Source of the DNA: Nemertoderma westbladi
Taxonomy: Eukaryota > Animalia > Xenacoelomorpha
Direction: 5' to 3'
DNA: 64,000 bases
Assembly: GCA_032718475.1 (NCBI GenBank)
Contig: JAUCBJ010007374.1
Coordinates: 1 to 64,000, forward strand
Below the pieces are notes generated by a model, which was not told the DNA's origin, searched no databases, and saw only the letters and a list, made by a program, of their open reading frames with translations. A program made the translations under genes and the position numbers. Numbering within the stretch: the stretch's first letter is position 1; each line of letters starts with the position of its first letter. Below, one piece after another: positions 1-11,500 of the stretch.

Positions 1-1
1 A

Positions 2-349
2 TGCTTCATTCACAAATCTAGTGGTACGAGACTTATGTCCAGCTAAAGACGATTTAAACTTACTTTCCGTCTTACCATCTGGTACACCAACTCTCCTTAT
101 TACCTCGAGTGTTCTAATTGAGGGATTGAAACCAAATATCTTTATGGCTTCTTGGATGTTGTATCCAGGTTCATTGGTATTGGAGGCAGGATCTGGAACA
201 GACGCAAGCTCACTTACTGCCCCTTGCAAAGATACCTCATTGACCTGAGTAGGATTAATTTCATCCAGATCCAGAACAGTCTGATCTAAATCTACTGAAG
301 ATTCACTACTCACCCTGGATTTAGATTGAAAGGAATTATTTTGGGCCAT
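2..349 (-). CDS. N-terminus of an ORF running off the left window edge; probably LTR-retrotransposon gag
   Basis: Own translation from ATG at 349: MAQNNSFQSKSRVSSESSVDLDQ...KSSLAGHKSRTTRFVNEA, stop-free to the edge. The AGHKSRTTR segment resembles BEL/Pao gag starts (inference). Confidence 0.45.
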   Translation of the reverse strand, partial: MAQNNSFQSKSRVSSESSVDLDQTVLDLDEINPTQVNEVSLQGAVSELASVPDPASNTNEPGYNIQEAIKIFGFNPSIRTLEVIRRVGVPDGKTESKFKSSLAGHKSRTTRFVNEA

Positions 350-2049
350 CTCTAAGCAACTACGTACTGTTGAAACAGGTCTACCTAGATTTGTAATTAA
401 GGAATGAAATTAAAACAAAGAACTGGCAGACTGGGATTCCCTCAAATTTCAGTCTTGGCGTTGTGTATCAGCCTAATTCTTTACTACACTATTTCATTAA
501 GGCACCAGTATGTACTTGCAATAATAGTCCTGTCCTGATAATAAAATGTTACTCCAGAACGCCAGCAGCCTAGTTAACAATGCAGTAGTAATACTGGTAT
601 TTTAATAGAAACACTACAATATATACAGATATAACAATTGCAGAAAACTGGTTTATGACACCACGGTTATGAATATGAATGTACTGATACTGATATATGC
701 TTAGCCTATCTATAAATAAATAAATCTATATATATATATATATAGCCTAGGCTTAATATGTTACAGATAAAGGTACCGGTATAGGCTTAAGGTTACAGAT
801 ATAAAGTACCTACCGGCGGCATAAGCGTAATAATATAAGCGTATTTAATAAATGTATATATATCTGTATATGTACCGCTATAGACTTAATGTTACAGATA
901 TAAGGTAGGCCTATAGGCTTAATATTTAATTCAGCACCTGTCAGCCTGTGTACTGTTACTGTACATTAAGCCTAGATAATATTAATTTAAATATAAATTA
1001 GATCAGTGAATTTTTTAGTACCGGTATTTTAATATTTGGCAATATCAGAATATAGGCTAAATTTTATTTTCCACTTTTATTTTGTTATAAAATAAAGCAT
1101 AGTAACCGGTATCATTGATCATTAATGCTTTATTTGATTAATTTACTTGGACCGGTATTCAACAATTAATTTTTAAATAAAATATAAAAATATAAATCTA
1201 AGAACAGAAGAATAGGTACACATTCAGACATTTCATTCATTACACAGATGTACGAGTCAGGGTTTAATTTAACAACACTGTGGCGTCACTGGCCGAAAAC
1301 CAGTCAAGATAAAACAGTAACTGGCGTCAAGTATGTGCGTTAAACTTATAAGTACTGGTACAAAGGTTGATTTGTTTATTACAACCCGGAAATTATAATT
1401 TCCGTCTGTCTGTGTGTGGAAATTGTGTTTAGTGCTACCTGCAGACCTAATAAACGACTGAGAACTGACGTCAGTTTGGTTAAAACCGTATACCAGACAA
1501 GAATAAAATATCCAGCTGGCGTCGATTGTGGCTAAAGCCGTATGTCAATTCTGAGGTCGGTGTGACAGTGTAATAGGCTAGTCCTGTAGTCTGTCTCCTA
1601 TACCAAGTCAGGGGCGGACATCAAGTTTGGGTAAAACCGTAAACCAGTCAGGACAAGGCAGTAACTGGCGTCGAGTTTGGCAAAGGCCGTAAATCCGTCC
1701 AATTGTTGGTAGAGAAGGCCTACCGGTAATAGTAATCAGGTAATTGCGTCCTGTAATTAATTTAATTATATAAGAAATATAATGAACATTAAAATGAATA
1801 TTGCAATGAATATTACTATGAATATTACTGTAGCGGCTAAAGGATAGCAGTGAGCTCATCCGTACAATAAACCGGAAACACCCTGCCGCTAAAAGACTTT
1901 CGGGCTTTTGATATCACGCAGTTTGCCAGTGACGCTGCACTGCATTCACACCAGTCTGACAGTCGGTAACAGGACAGACAGATGACACACAGATAAACTA
2001 ACACAGTCATACATAAGACACTGAGACAGACACTAACAGACAAACTCAC

Positions 2050-2981
2050 TAGGGCTCGATCGGAGTTGGGATTTGGCCGGAGCCGGAGCCGGAGTTGGAC
2101 AATTTGGCCGGAGCCGGAGCAGGAGCCGGAATTTTTAAAAAATTTTAAAAATTTAATTATTTATTTTAAAAAAAAATAAAGTATGGTTATCGTTCGCCAA
2201 TCGCTCATAATCAATCATACTGCAGTACTGTACCCCCAGGCAGCCAGGTCTAATTAATTTCATAATTTATAGATTTACGAATTTTCAATTTAAAATTTAA
2301 GTAATTAATTTATCATGGACAGACGGCCTGACGCTGACGGCTAAAAATTACCTACAGTACGGTACCTAACTCACTAACTGTGGTAGAGGTGTGTACTGTA
2401 GGTAGCCTACCGTACTGCCAGACTGCCGTACGTCAGTACGTGTACCAGTACTGCCGTACGTGTACCAGTACCTACTGCCGTACGTGTACCAGTACTGCCG
2501 TACGTGTACCAGTCAGCCAGTACTGCGTGACTTCAGTACAGTATGCTGGCATGACAGCAGTAAATGGCTGCAGTGGTACAGTGTACAATCATAGCATTTA
2601 CAATTTTTTACAGTCTGACAGTAGGGCTTATCTGTAATAGTCTGCTAGTTAGCCAGCTGGCCAGTCCAGTACCAGTACTGCAGTAGTCAGTCAGTCAGTC
2701 AGTCATTGACTTTAAGTAAATACTGCAGTATTATGCTTGACACTTGATATTGAAGCTGTACTACCAACTACAGTAGGCCCTACTACTTATAGTGTAAATA
2801 ATTGTTCAGATTAGAATATGCACGAAATATAATACTTTATTAAAAAATTAATTTTTTTTAATATTTTTATAAATATTTTTATAATTTTTACCGCAATATT
2901 TTTACCGGAGCCGGAGCAGGAGCCGGAGGTGCCAAAATGGCCGGAGCCGGAGCCGGAGGCCGGAGCTCCGATCGAGCCCTA
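2050..2981. mobile_element. Non-autonomous hAT-type MITE
   Basis: Perfect 16-bp TIR TAGGGCTCGATCGGAG...CTCCGATCGAGCCCTA; 8-bp TSD AAACTCAC (2042-2049, 2982-2989); subterminal GGAGCC repeats; internal ~20-bp TACTGCCGTACGTGTACCAG repeats. Confidence 0.9.
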
Positions 2982-3179
2982 AAACTCACCAACCGAATGT
3001 GCTGGACACCTTTGAATGCGAGTTACCTGGTTGCAAGTGCACTGCAACTTACATTAGGCATAAAGCACACACGCAGAAACCCCTAGGATCCAACGTGTGT
3101 AAGCTATGACAGCCTCACCAACGTCGCTTGCGAAAGGATGGATGGGGATGCGAGGCAAGGAAAACGCAGGTCCTGTTAA

Positions 3180-3381
3180 GATTCTCGGTCCGTCTCCATA
3201 TTAATACAATGAACAGATGAATGATAAATAATAATCACCGGATCGGAATCACTGATAAAACTGGTTAAATCTGTTAATGGCTAATTGACTAACTGGCAAC
3301 TGGCAACTGACAACTGACAACTGGTAATATTCATAGGACTCTTCGCCCAAAAGTGGGTGTCCGGGAGGACGCAAAATAACA
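3180..3381 (-). mobile_element. Candidate short 5' LTR (TGTTATTTTGCG...) plus primer-binding site (TGGAGACGGACCGAGAATC) of the element carrying the 2-349 ORF
   Basis: TG start at 3381 on the minus strand and a TGG-initiated PBS-like sequence at 3198-3180. No partner LTR in the window and no canonical CA end. Confidence 0.25.
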
Positions 3382-3611
3382 GTACCGGTACCGGTAATAA
3401 GATAAGACTGTAAGATACAGTAACTAAAGCACTGCAGCACTGTGACTAAAAGGTAAGTAAAAGAGCCTAGCTCCCATCACCATTGTATATCACTGAAAGG
3501 CTAACAGCCAATCAGAAACAAGCACCTGGCATTACAACTAGGGCCATTAAATTATGACACTTACATCAGTATACTGAATAGATTTAACATGTTACACTTA
3601 TCTGTACTTAC

Positions 3612-6600
3612 AATAATTTTGGTTGGGGGTAGAATGCGTATTGGCGCTTACAGTTGGTGAGAGTAGCGGAGTGACTGGAGGTGGTGATGGAGTAGTTGGT
3701 GATAGTAGCGGTGTGACTGGAGGTAGTGTTGGAGTAGTTGGTGTGAGTAGCGGTGTGACTGGAGGTAGTGTTGGAGTAGTTGGTGAGAGTAGCGGAGTGA
3801 CTGGAGGTGGTGATGGAGTAGTTGGTGATAGTAGCGGTGTGAATGGAGGTAGTGTTGGAATAGTTGGTGAGAGTAGTGGAGTGACTGGAGATAGTGTTTG
3901 AATAGTTGGTGTGGGTAGCGGTGTGTCTAGAGATAGTGATGGAGTAGTTGGTGAGAGTGGCTGAGTTACTGGAGGTAGTGTTGGAGTAGTTGGTGAAAGT
4001 GGCGGTGTGACTGGAGGTGGTGATGGAGTAGTTGGTGATAGTAGCGGTGTGAATGGAGGTAGTGTTGGAATAGTTGGTGAGAGTAGTGGAGTGACTGGAG
4101 ATAGTGTTTGAATAGTTGGTGTGGGTAGCGGTGTGTCTAGAGATAGTGATGGAGTAGTTGGTGAGAGTGGCTGAGTTACTGGAGGTAGTGTTGGAGTAGT
4201 TGGTGAAAGTGGCGGTGTGACTGGAGGTAGTGTTGGAGTAGTTGGTGAGAGTAGCGGAGTGACTGGAGGTAGTGTTGGAGTAGTTGGTGAGAGTAGCAGT
4301 GACTGGAGGTAGTGTTGGGGTAGTTGGTGTGAGTAGCGGAGTGACTGGAGGTAGTGTTGGAGTAGTTGGTGAGAGTAGATGAGAGACTAGAGGTACCGGT
4401 AGTGTTGGAGTAGTTGGTGAGAGTAGTGGAGTGACTCGAGGTAGTGTTGGAGTAGTTGGTGTGAGTAGCGGTGTGTCTAGAGATTGTGATGGAGTAGTTG
4501 GTGAGAGTAGTGGAGTGACTGGAAGTAGTTGGTGAGAGTAGCGGAGTGACGGGGGGTAGTGTTGGAGTAGTTGGTGAGAGTGGCTGAGTGACTGGAGGTA
4601 GTGTTGGAGTAGTTGGTGAGAGTAGCGGAGTGACTGGAGGTAATGTTGGAGTAGTTGGTGAGAGTAGCGGAGTGACTGGAGGTAGTGTTGGAGTAGTTGG
4701 TGAGAGTAGCGGAGTGACCGGAGGTAGTGTTGGAGTAGTTGGTGTGAGTGGCTGAGTTACTGGAGGTAGTGTTGGAGTAGTTGGTGTGAGTAGCGGTGTG
4801 TCTAGAGATAGTGATGGAGTAGTTGGTGAGAGTGGCGGAGTGACTGGAGGTAGTGTTGGAGTAGTTGGTGTGAGTAGCGGAGTGACTGGAGGTAGTGTTG
4901 GAGTAGTTGGTGTGAGTGGCTGAGTTACTGGAGGTAGTGTTGGGGTAGTTGGTGTGAGTAGCGGAGTGACTGGAGGTAGTGTTGGAGTAGTTGGTGAGAG
5001 TAGATGAGAGACTAGAGGTACCGGTAGTGTTGGAGTAGTTGGTGAGAGTAGTGGAGTGACTCGAGGTAGTGTTGGAGTAGTTGGTGTGAGTAGCGGTGTG
5101 TCTAGAGATTGTGATGGAGTAGTTGGTGAGAGTAGTGGAGTGACTGGAAGTAGTTGGTGAGAGTAGCGGAGTGACGGGGGGTAGTGTTGGAGTAGTTGGT
5201 GAGAGTGGCTGAGTGACTGGAGGTAGTGTTGGAGTAGTTGGTGAGAGTAGCGGAGTGACTGGAGGTAATGTTGGAGTAGTTGGTGAGAGTAGCGGAGTGA
5301 CTGGAGGTAGTGTTGGAGTAGTTGGTGAGAGTAGCGGAGTGACCGGAGGTAGTGTTGGAGTAGTTGGTGTGAGTGGCTGAGTTACTGGAGGTAGTGTTGG
5401 AGTAGTTGGTGTGAGTAGCGGTGTGTCTAGAGATAGTGATGGAGTAGTTGGTGAGAGTAGTGGAGTGACTGGAAGTAGTGTTGGAGTAGTTGGTGAGAGT
5501 AGCGGAGTGACGGGGGGTAATGTTGGAGTAGTTGGCGAGAGTAGTGGAGTGACTGGAGGTAGTGTTTGAATAGTTGGTGTGGGTAGCGGTGTGTCTAGAG
5601 ATAGTGATGGAGTAGTTGGTGAGAGTGGCTGAGTTACTGGAGGTAGTGTTGGAGTAGTTGGTGAAAGTGGCGGTGTGACTGGAGGTAGTGTTGGAGTAGT
5701 TGGTGTGAGTAGCGGAGTGACTGGAGGTAGTGTTGGAGTAGTTGGTGAGAGTAGATGAGAGACTAGAGGTACCGGTAGTGTTGGAGTAGTTGGTGAGAGT
5801 AGTGGAGTGACTCGAGGTAGTGTTGGAGTAGTTGGTGTGAGTAGCGGTGTGTCTAGAGATTGTGATGGAGTAGTTGGTGAGAGTAGTGGAGTGACTGGAA
5901 GTAGTTGGTGAGAGTAGCGGAGTGACGGGGGGTAGTGTTGGAGTAGTTGGTGAGAGTGGCTGAGTGACTGGAGGTAATGTTGGAGTAGTTGGTGAGAGTA
6001 GCGGAGTGACTGGAGGTAGTGTTGGAGTAGTTGGTGAGAGTAGCGGAGTGACCGGAGGTAGTGTTGGAGTAGTTGGTGTGAGTGGCTGAGTTACTGGAGG
6101 TAGTGTTGGAGTAGTTGGTGTGAGTAGCGGTGTGTCTAGAGATAGTGATGGAGTAGTTGGTGAGAGTAGTGGAGTGACTGGAAGTAGTGTTGGAGTAGTT
6201 GGTGAGAGTAGCGGAGTGACTGGAGGTAGTGTTGGAGTAGTTGGTGAGAGTAGTGGAGTGACTCGAGGTAGTGTTGGAGTAGTTGGTGTGAGTAGCGGTG
6301 TGTCTAGAGATAGTGATGATGGAGTAGTTGGTGAGAGTAGCGGAGTGACTGGAGGTAGTGTTGGAGTAGTTGGTGTGAGTAGTGGAGTGACTGGAGGTAG
6401 TGTTGGAGTAGTTGGTGTGAGTAGCGGTGTGTCTAGAGATAGTGATGGAGTAGTTGGTGAGAGTAGTGGAGTGACTGGAAGTAGTGTTGGAGTAGTTGGT
6501 GTGAGTAGCGGTGTGTCTAGAGATAGTGATGGAGTAGTTGGTGAGAGTAGCGGAGTGACTGGAGGTAGTGTTGGAGTAGTTGGTGAGAGTAGCGGAGTGA

Positions 6601-8305
6601 CTGGAGGTAGTGTTGGAGTAGTTGGTGTGAGTAGCGGTGTGTCTAGAGATAGTGATGGAGTAGTTGGTGAGAGTAGTGGAGTGACTGGAAGTAGTGTTGG
6701 AGTAGTTGGTGAGAGTAGTGGAGTGACTGGAGGTAGTGTTGGAGTAGTTGGTGTGAGTAGCGGTGTGTCTAGAGATAGTGATGGAGTAGTTGGTGAGAGT
6801 AGCGGAGTGACTGGAGGTAGTGTTGGAGTAGTTGGTGTGAGTAGTGGAGTGACTGGAGGTAGTGTTGGAGTAGTTGGTGTGAGTAGCGGTGTGTCTAGAG
6901 ATAGTGATGGAGTAGTTGGTGAGAGTAGTGGAGTGACTGGAAGTAGTGTTGGAGTAGTTGGTGTGAGTAGCGGTGTGTCTAGAGATAGTGATGGAGTAGT
7001 TGGTGAGAGTAGCGGAGTGACTGGAGGTAGTGTTGGAGTAGTTGGTGAGAGTAGCGGAGTGACTGGAGGTAGTGTTGGAGTAGTTGGTGTGAGTAGCGGT
7101 GTGTCTAGAGATAGTGATGGAGTAGTTGGTGAGAGTAGTGGAGTGACTGGAAGTAGTGTTGGAGTAGTTGGTGAGAGTAGTGGAGTGACTCGAGGTAGTG
7201 TTGGAGTAGTTGGTGCGAGTAGCGGTGTGTCTAGAGATTGTGATGGAGTAGTTGGTGAGAGTAGCGGAGTGACTGGAGGTAGTGTTGGAGTAGTTGGTGA
7301 GAGCGGCGGAGTGACTGGAGGTAGTGTTGGAGTAGTTGGTGAGAGTAGTGGAGTGACTGGAAGTAGTGTTGGAGTAGTTGGTGAGAGTAGCGGAGTGACC
7401 GGAGGTAGTGTTGGAGTAGTTGGTGTGAGTAGCGGTGTGTCTAGAGATAGTGATGGAGTAGTTGGTGAGAGTGGCTGAGTGACTGGAGGTAGTGTTGGAG
7501 TAGTTGGTGAGAGTAGCGGAGTGACTGGAGGTAGTGTTGGAGTAGTTGGTGAGAGTAGCGGAGTGACTGGAGGTAGTGTTGGAGTAGTTGGTGTGAGTAG
7601 CAGTGTGTGTAGAGATAGTGATGGAGTAGTTGGTGAGAGTAGTGGAGTGACTGGAAGTAGTGTTGGAGTAGTTGGTGAGAATAGCTGAGTGACTGGAGGG
7701 GAGGTAGTGTTGGTGTAGTTGGTGTGAGTAGCGGTGTGTCTAGAGATAGTGATGGAGTAGTTGGTGAGAGTAGCGGAGTGACCGGAGGTAGTGTTGGAGT
7801 AGTTGGTGTGAGTAGCGGTGTGTCTAGAGATAGTGATGGAGTAGTTGGTGAGAGTGGCTGAGTGACTGGAGGTAGTGTTGGAGTAGTTGGTGTGAGTAGC
7901 AGTGTGTGTAGAGATAGTGATGGAGTAGTTGGTGAGAGTAGTGGAGTGACTGGAAGTAGTGCTGGAGTAGTTGGTGAGAATAGCTGAGTGACTGGAGGGG
8001 AGGTAGTGTTGGTGTAGTTGGTGTGAGTAGCGGTGTGTCTAGAGATTGTGATGGAGTAGTTGGTGAGAGTAGCGGTGTGACTGGAGGTAGTGTTGGAGTA
8101 GTTGGTGTGAGAAGCGGTGTGACTGGAGGTAGTGTTGGAGTAGTTGGTGAGAGCGGCGGTGTGACTGGAGGTAGTGATGGAGTAGATGGTGAGAGTAGCG
8201 GAGTGATTGGAAGTAGTGATGGAGTAGTTGGTGAGTGTGGTGTAGATGAAATGTTGCAATGCTACTAACACTGTCAATTATAAGGAATTTCACAAAAGGA
8301 CTCAT
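3612..8305 (-). other. Possible mucin-like (Pro/Thr/Ser-rich) coding exon or pseudogene built from the 42-bp repeat
   Basis: Minus-strand frames read (SPTTPTLPPVTPLL)n or (LTNYSNTTSSHSAT)n with no stops in the variants checked. GTAAGT donor-like site at 3611-3606; hydrophobic MSPFVKFLI/LTVLVAL leader near 8305. Frameshifting indels at ~4298, ~7698 and ~7995. Confidence 0.35.
3653..8240. repeat. 42-bp minisatellite (GGTGAGAGTAGCGGAGTGACTGGAGGTAGTGTTGGAGTAGTT), about 110 units, with higher-order blocks
   Basis: Directly visible tandem unit; variant units recur in blocks (e.g. TAGATGAGAGACTAGAGG at ~4376, ~5000, ~5752). Confidence 0.95.
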
Positions 8306-8599
8306 TATACTATTTCATAAATCATTTCACAGGAAAAATAGCAATAAGAATAGTGTCTGCAAAAATTCGGAGAAAGTTATCAAGAAAATTAAATTACGAT
8401 AAGAACTGCTTCCAAAACGAGGTTGTATTTTTTTTAATAACAACTACAGAATAACATATAATTATTTTGCAAAATGCAGATGTGAACAAACCATACGAAA
8501 TCAACAAATACAATATAAAAGTAGATATACATATAGCGAAATTGTTTTAGGTTCAGGTTCAAAAGTAAATAAATAAAGAGAAGCTCGCCTGCTGTCAAT

Positions 8600-11500
8600 T
8601 CATTTTACATTGTCTTGAAAGGTCTGCGTATTTTGTGATTGGAAACTGACTTCCTGGCGGGGATCCTGAGAAGGATAATGTTTAGTTGGCTTTGGTACCT
8701 CATAGACGGATGAGTCCGAAGTATCCGACGACATAGTGAAATCTTCTAAGGACGCAGATTGAGATGAACTTGTGCTACTAGAGTCCTCAATATCACCAGT
8801 TTCAATATCTGTTGATGAACTCCCATCGGATGTAGATGAGTTATCTTCTGTGGAAGATGAAGTCGAAGACAAGGATACTAGAACAGGTGAAGAACAGGTC
8901 ACAGGTGTCTTCAATAAGTCTGTCGTTGTGGTAGATGGGTTGCTTACCAATATTGTTGATGGTGAAATGGAACGGCGAATTTCTGAATCATCAGCATCAG
9001 AAATATTAAAAGGCGGCTGTGTAGATGGTGTACTTTTAGAATGAAAAATTACAGCAACTTCTGGAATTTCGTTACAAATATCAGAATGAACATCAGATAT
9101 TCTAGATGTAGCCTTGTTATATTGATGTTGTACATCTTCTGCAACATCTTTATATTTATTTTCGGGCGAAGGACAATATATCTGAGGGGCAGTCCTGATT
9201 GCACTCTCAACGTTAAAGTCGTTTTTTCGCATCTGCGTTATAAGATACTGACAACCTCGTACAGATTTCTGTACCATAAACTTGTCGGGACACTTAATGT
9301 GCAATGCTGATGGAATTGGTTGAAATAAATGAACATACGAGGTGACCAAAGTAGACCGCGCCTTGGAGAAAACATCAGATGCGAGTTTATCCAATTTAAA
9401 AGTAAATTGGTATAACTTATAGCAGTCTGCCGCTAACTGACACTTTTCATGCAGGTTGTTGGATGCAAAGATGATTTTCAGTAAAATATCCCACGACATG
9501 TCGCAGCATTTTCGAGCTTGCGAAATCCTTTCAGCATCACGGAGAAATTTCTTCGAAGCTTGAACTGGCGACTTAACGAGCTGCTCAGAGACCATGTGCA
9601 GCGTCTGGTAGTCAAGTAGTTCATATATGACTAGTATTAATAAATCCAGACACTGCGCTAAGTGGTTGGTAAAGCTCCCAGGTCTATCAATATCATCGAT
9701 AGGTATTCGCCAAACTCCATCAAACAAATGTTGCTTCTTTCTGTCCTGCAGTAACCCTGGGCAAGGCATGTGGGGGTATTTGTGCCACGAGCCACGAACC
9801 CCCCATAACAGATCCTTAGAACAGGCAATGTATTTTTTATCTCCCACAGAATAGTACGCATGAGCCAGTCGAAATAAAGCCTTATAATGATTTGGAAACC
9901 GATGCAGACAAACTTTCATTGCTTCAATACACCTATTTTTAATCTCTGTTACGGCATTCGATTTGTTACCATGGAAACTGCCATAATTTGAAATCATGGC
10001 AGGGAATAATTCAAGGCAAGTTCGTTTCCTCTTTGGCGCAAAACTAATATCGGCATCACTATCAGATACCTCGCGTTTAAATGACCTTCTAGCGGTGGGT
10101 ATCCTTTTAGTGACACCATCTACCGTATCGTAAATTACTGAAAGAAAGTCATTAACTGCATTGGCTCGTTGAGATATATTAGTACCAACTGGTTCAAACA
10201 ATGAAGTTGTTACACCACGAGAAATGGCGTTGTTTGATGTATAATCTTGTTCTCTAATACTGGTACTGGTACTACTAGCACCGGTACCCGCACATAAACT
10301 ATAATCAATGTCTGTTGAAAACATTGGGAACTTTTGCTTCAAGGAAGGGGAAATAGATCCGCTTTCTGATTTAATAGCTGTTGAAAAAAACGAATTATCC
10401 AGATGATCTAAGACTTCAATAAAGTATGACACTGTTGAATCCTTGATTTTATCTGACGATAAGCAATGTTTTAATATTGAAGCATTAATTCTATAGAATA
10501 CTTCTAGGATTTCTACAGATAAATAGGATGGTTGATTATAACTAATTTTTCTCGGGCACCTGGCACCACTCTTTTCCAACTGTGTCATAGCTTTCAAATA
10601 ATATTCAAAACATTTTTCAAGTGGGTCGTTAAATTTCTCGGCTAGTTTGCCAAGCATGTATAACACAAGCCATCTATCTGTACCATCAAGATCTTCTAAA
10701 GACATAACATGAGATAAACTAGACTTCGATATTAGCAACATTTCTAAGCGGATTTTCTCAATTTGGGAAACGTCAGAGCTACTGCCACCAATTTTAACAT
10801 AATATTTCCGCTTCTGCGAGTAAAATGTCGCGATTGTGTATGACAAAGAACCATATTCTATCCAAAGTTTATGGCAATCTGAATCTAAAGATAGGGCCAT
10901 TCTAAAGCAACGTAAAACCTGGTTTGCAGACGAGTACAAATCAGAATGCGTTAAATCACACGGAGAATTTAACAGCTGCTCTAACTTAGTGGCCCTAGAG
11001 AGAGATAAACCAGCCCAGGAATCAAACCTTCTAGGGTTGAAGATGAGATCTTTAATGTAATATTGCTCAGCCTGGGTAGTATCCTGACTCTTTAAATAGT
11101 AGTCAGCAAGATGATAATATATATCAGCCAAGGATTCCATGACATCATCCTTAATCTGTGGTTCTGGGTTTTCAATCTCACCATTTATGTATTTAACCAC
11201 GACATCCTCATCTTGATTAGGAATGAATTTTATAATTCGTAAAAATAGTTTCTCTACTTCTTCAGTAATGGCAGCGGACTTGTAACTGTCAAATTCAGGA
11301 GGCGAATCGGGTTTATAAAATCCATATAGAATTGCCACATTGGCCAGTGTTAGTGGCACCTGTTGTGAGCCATGGTCATCTAGGTACTTAACGCGGGCTT
11401 TCTTAATGGGATGGCCAAATAGGCAATAGAAACATTGTTCTACCGCTTGGAAGAGAGACGACTGTCTGTCTACTCGACTGACCATTTTACTAGCTTCATC

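Noticed and set aside
6120-7478. 452-aa Gly/Val/Ser ORF on the plus strand
   Set aside because: Product of the 42-bp repeat. This frame is repeatedly broken by TGA variants elsewhere in the array and has no ATG.
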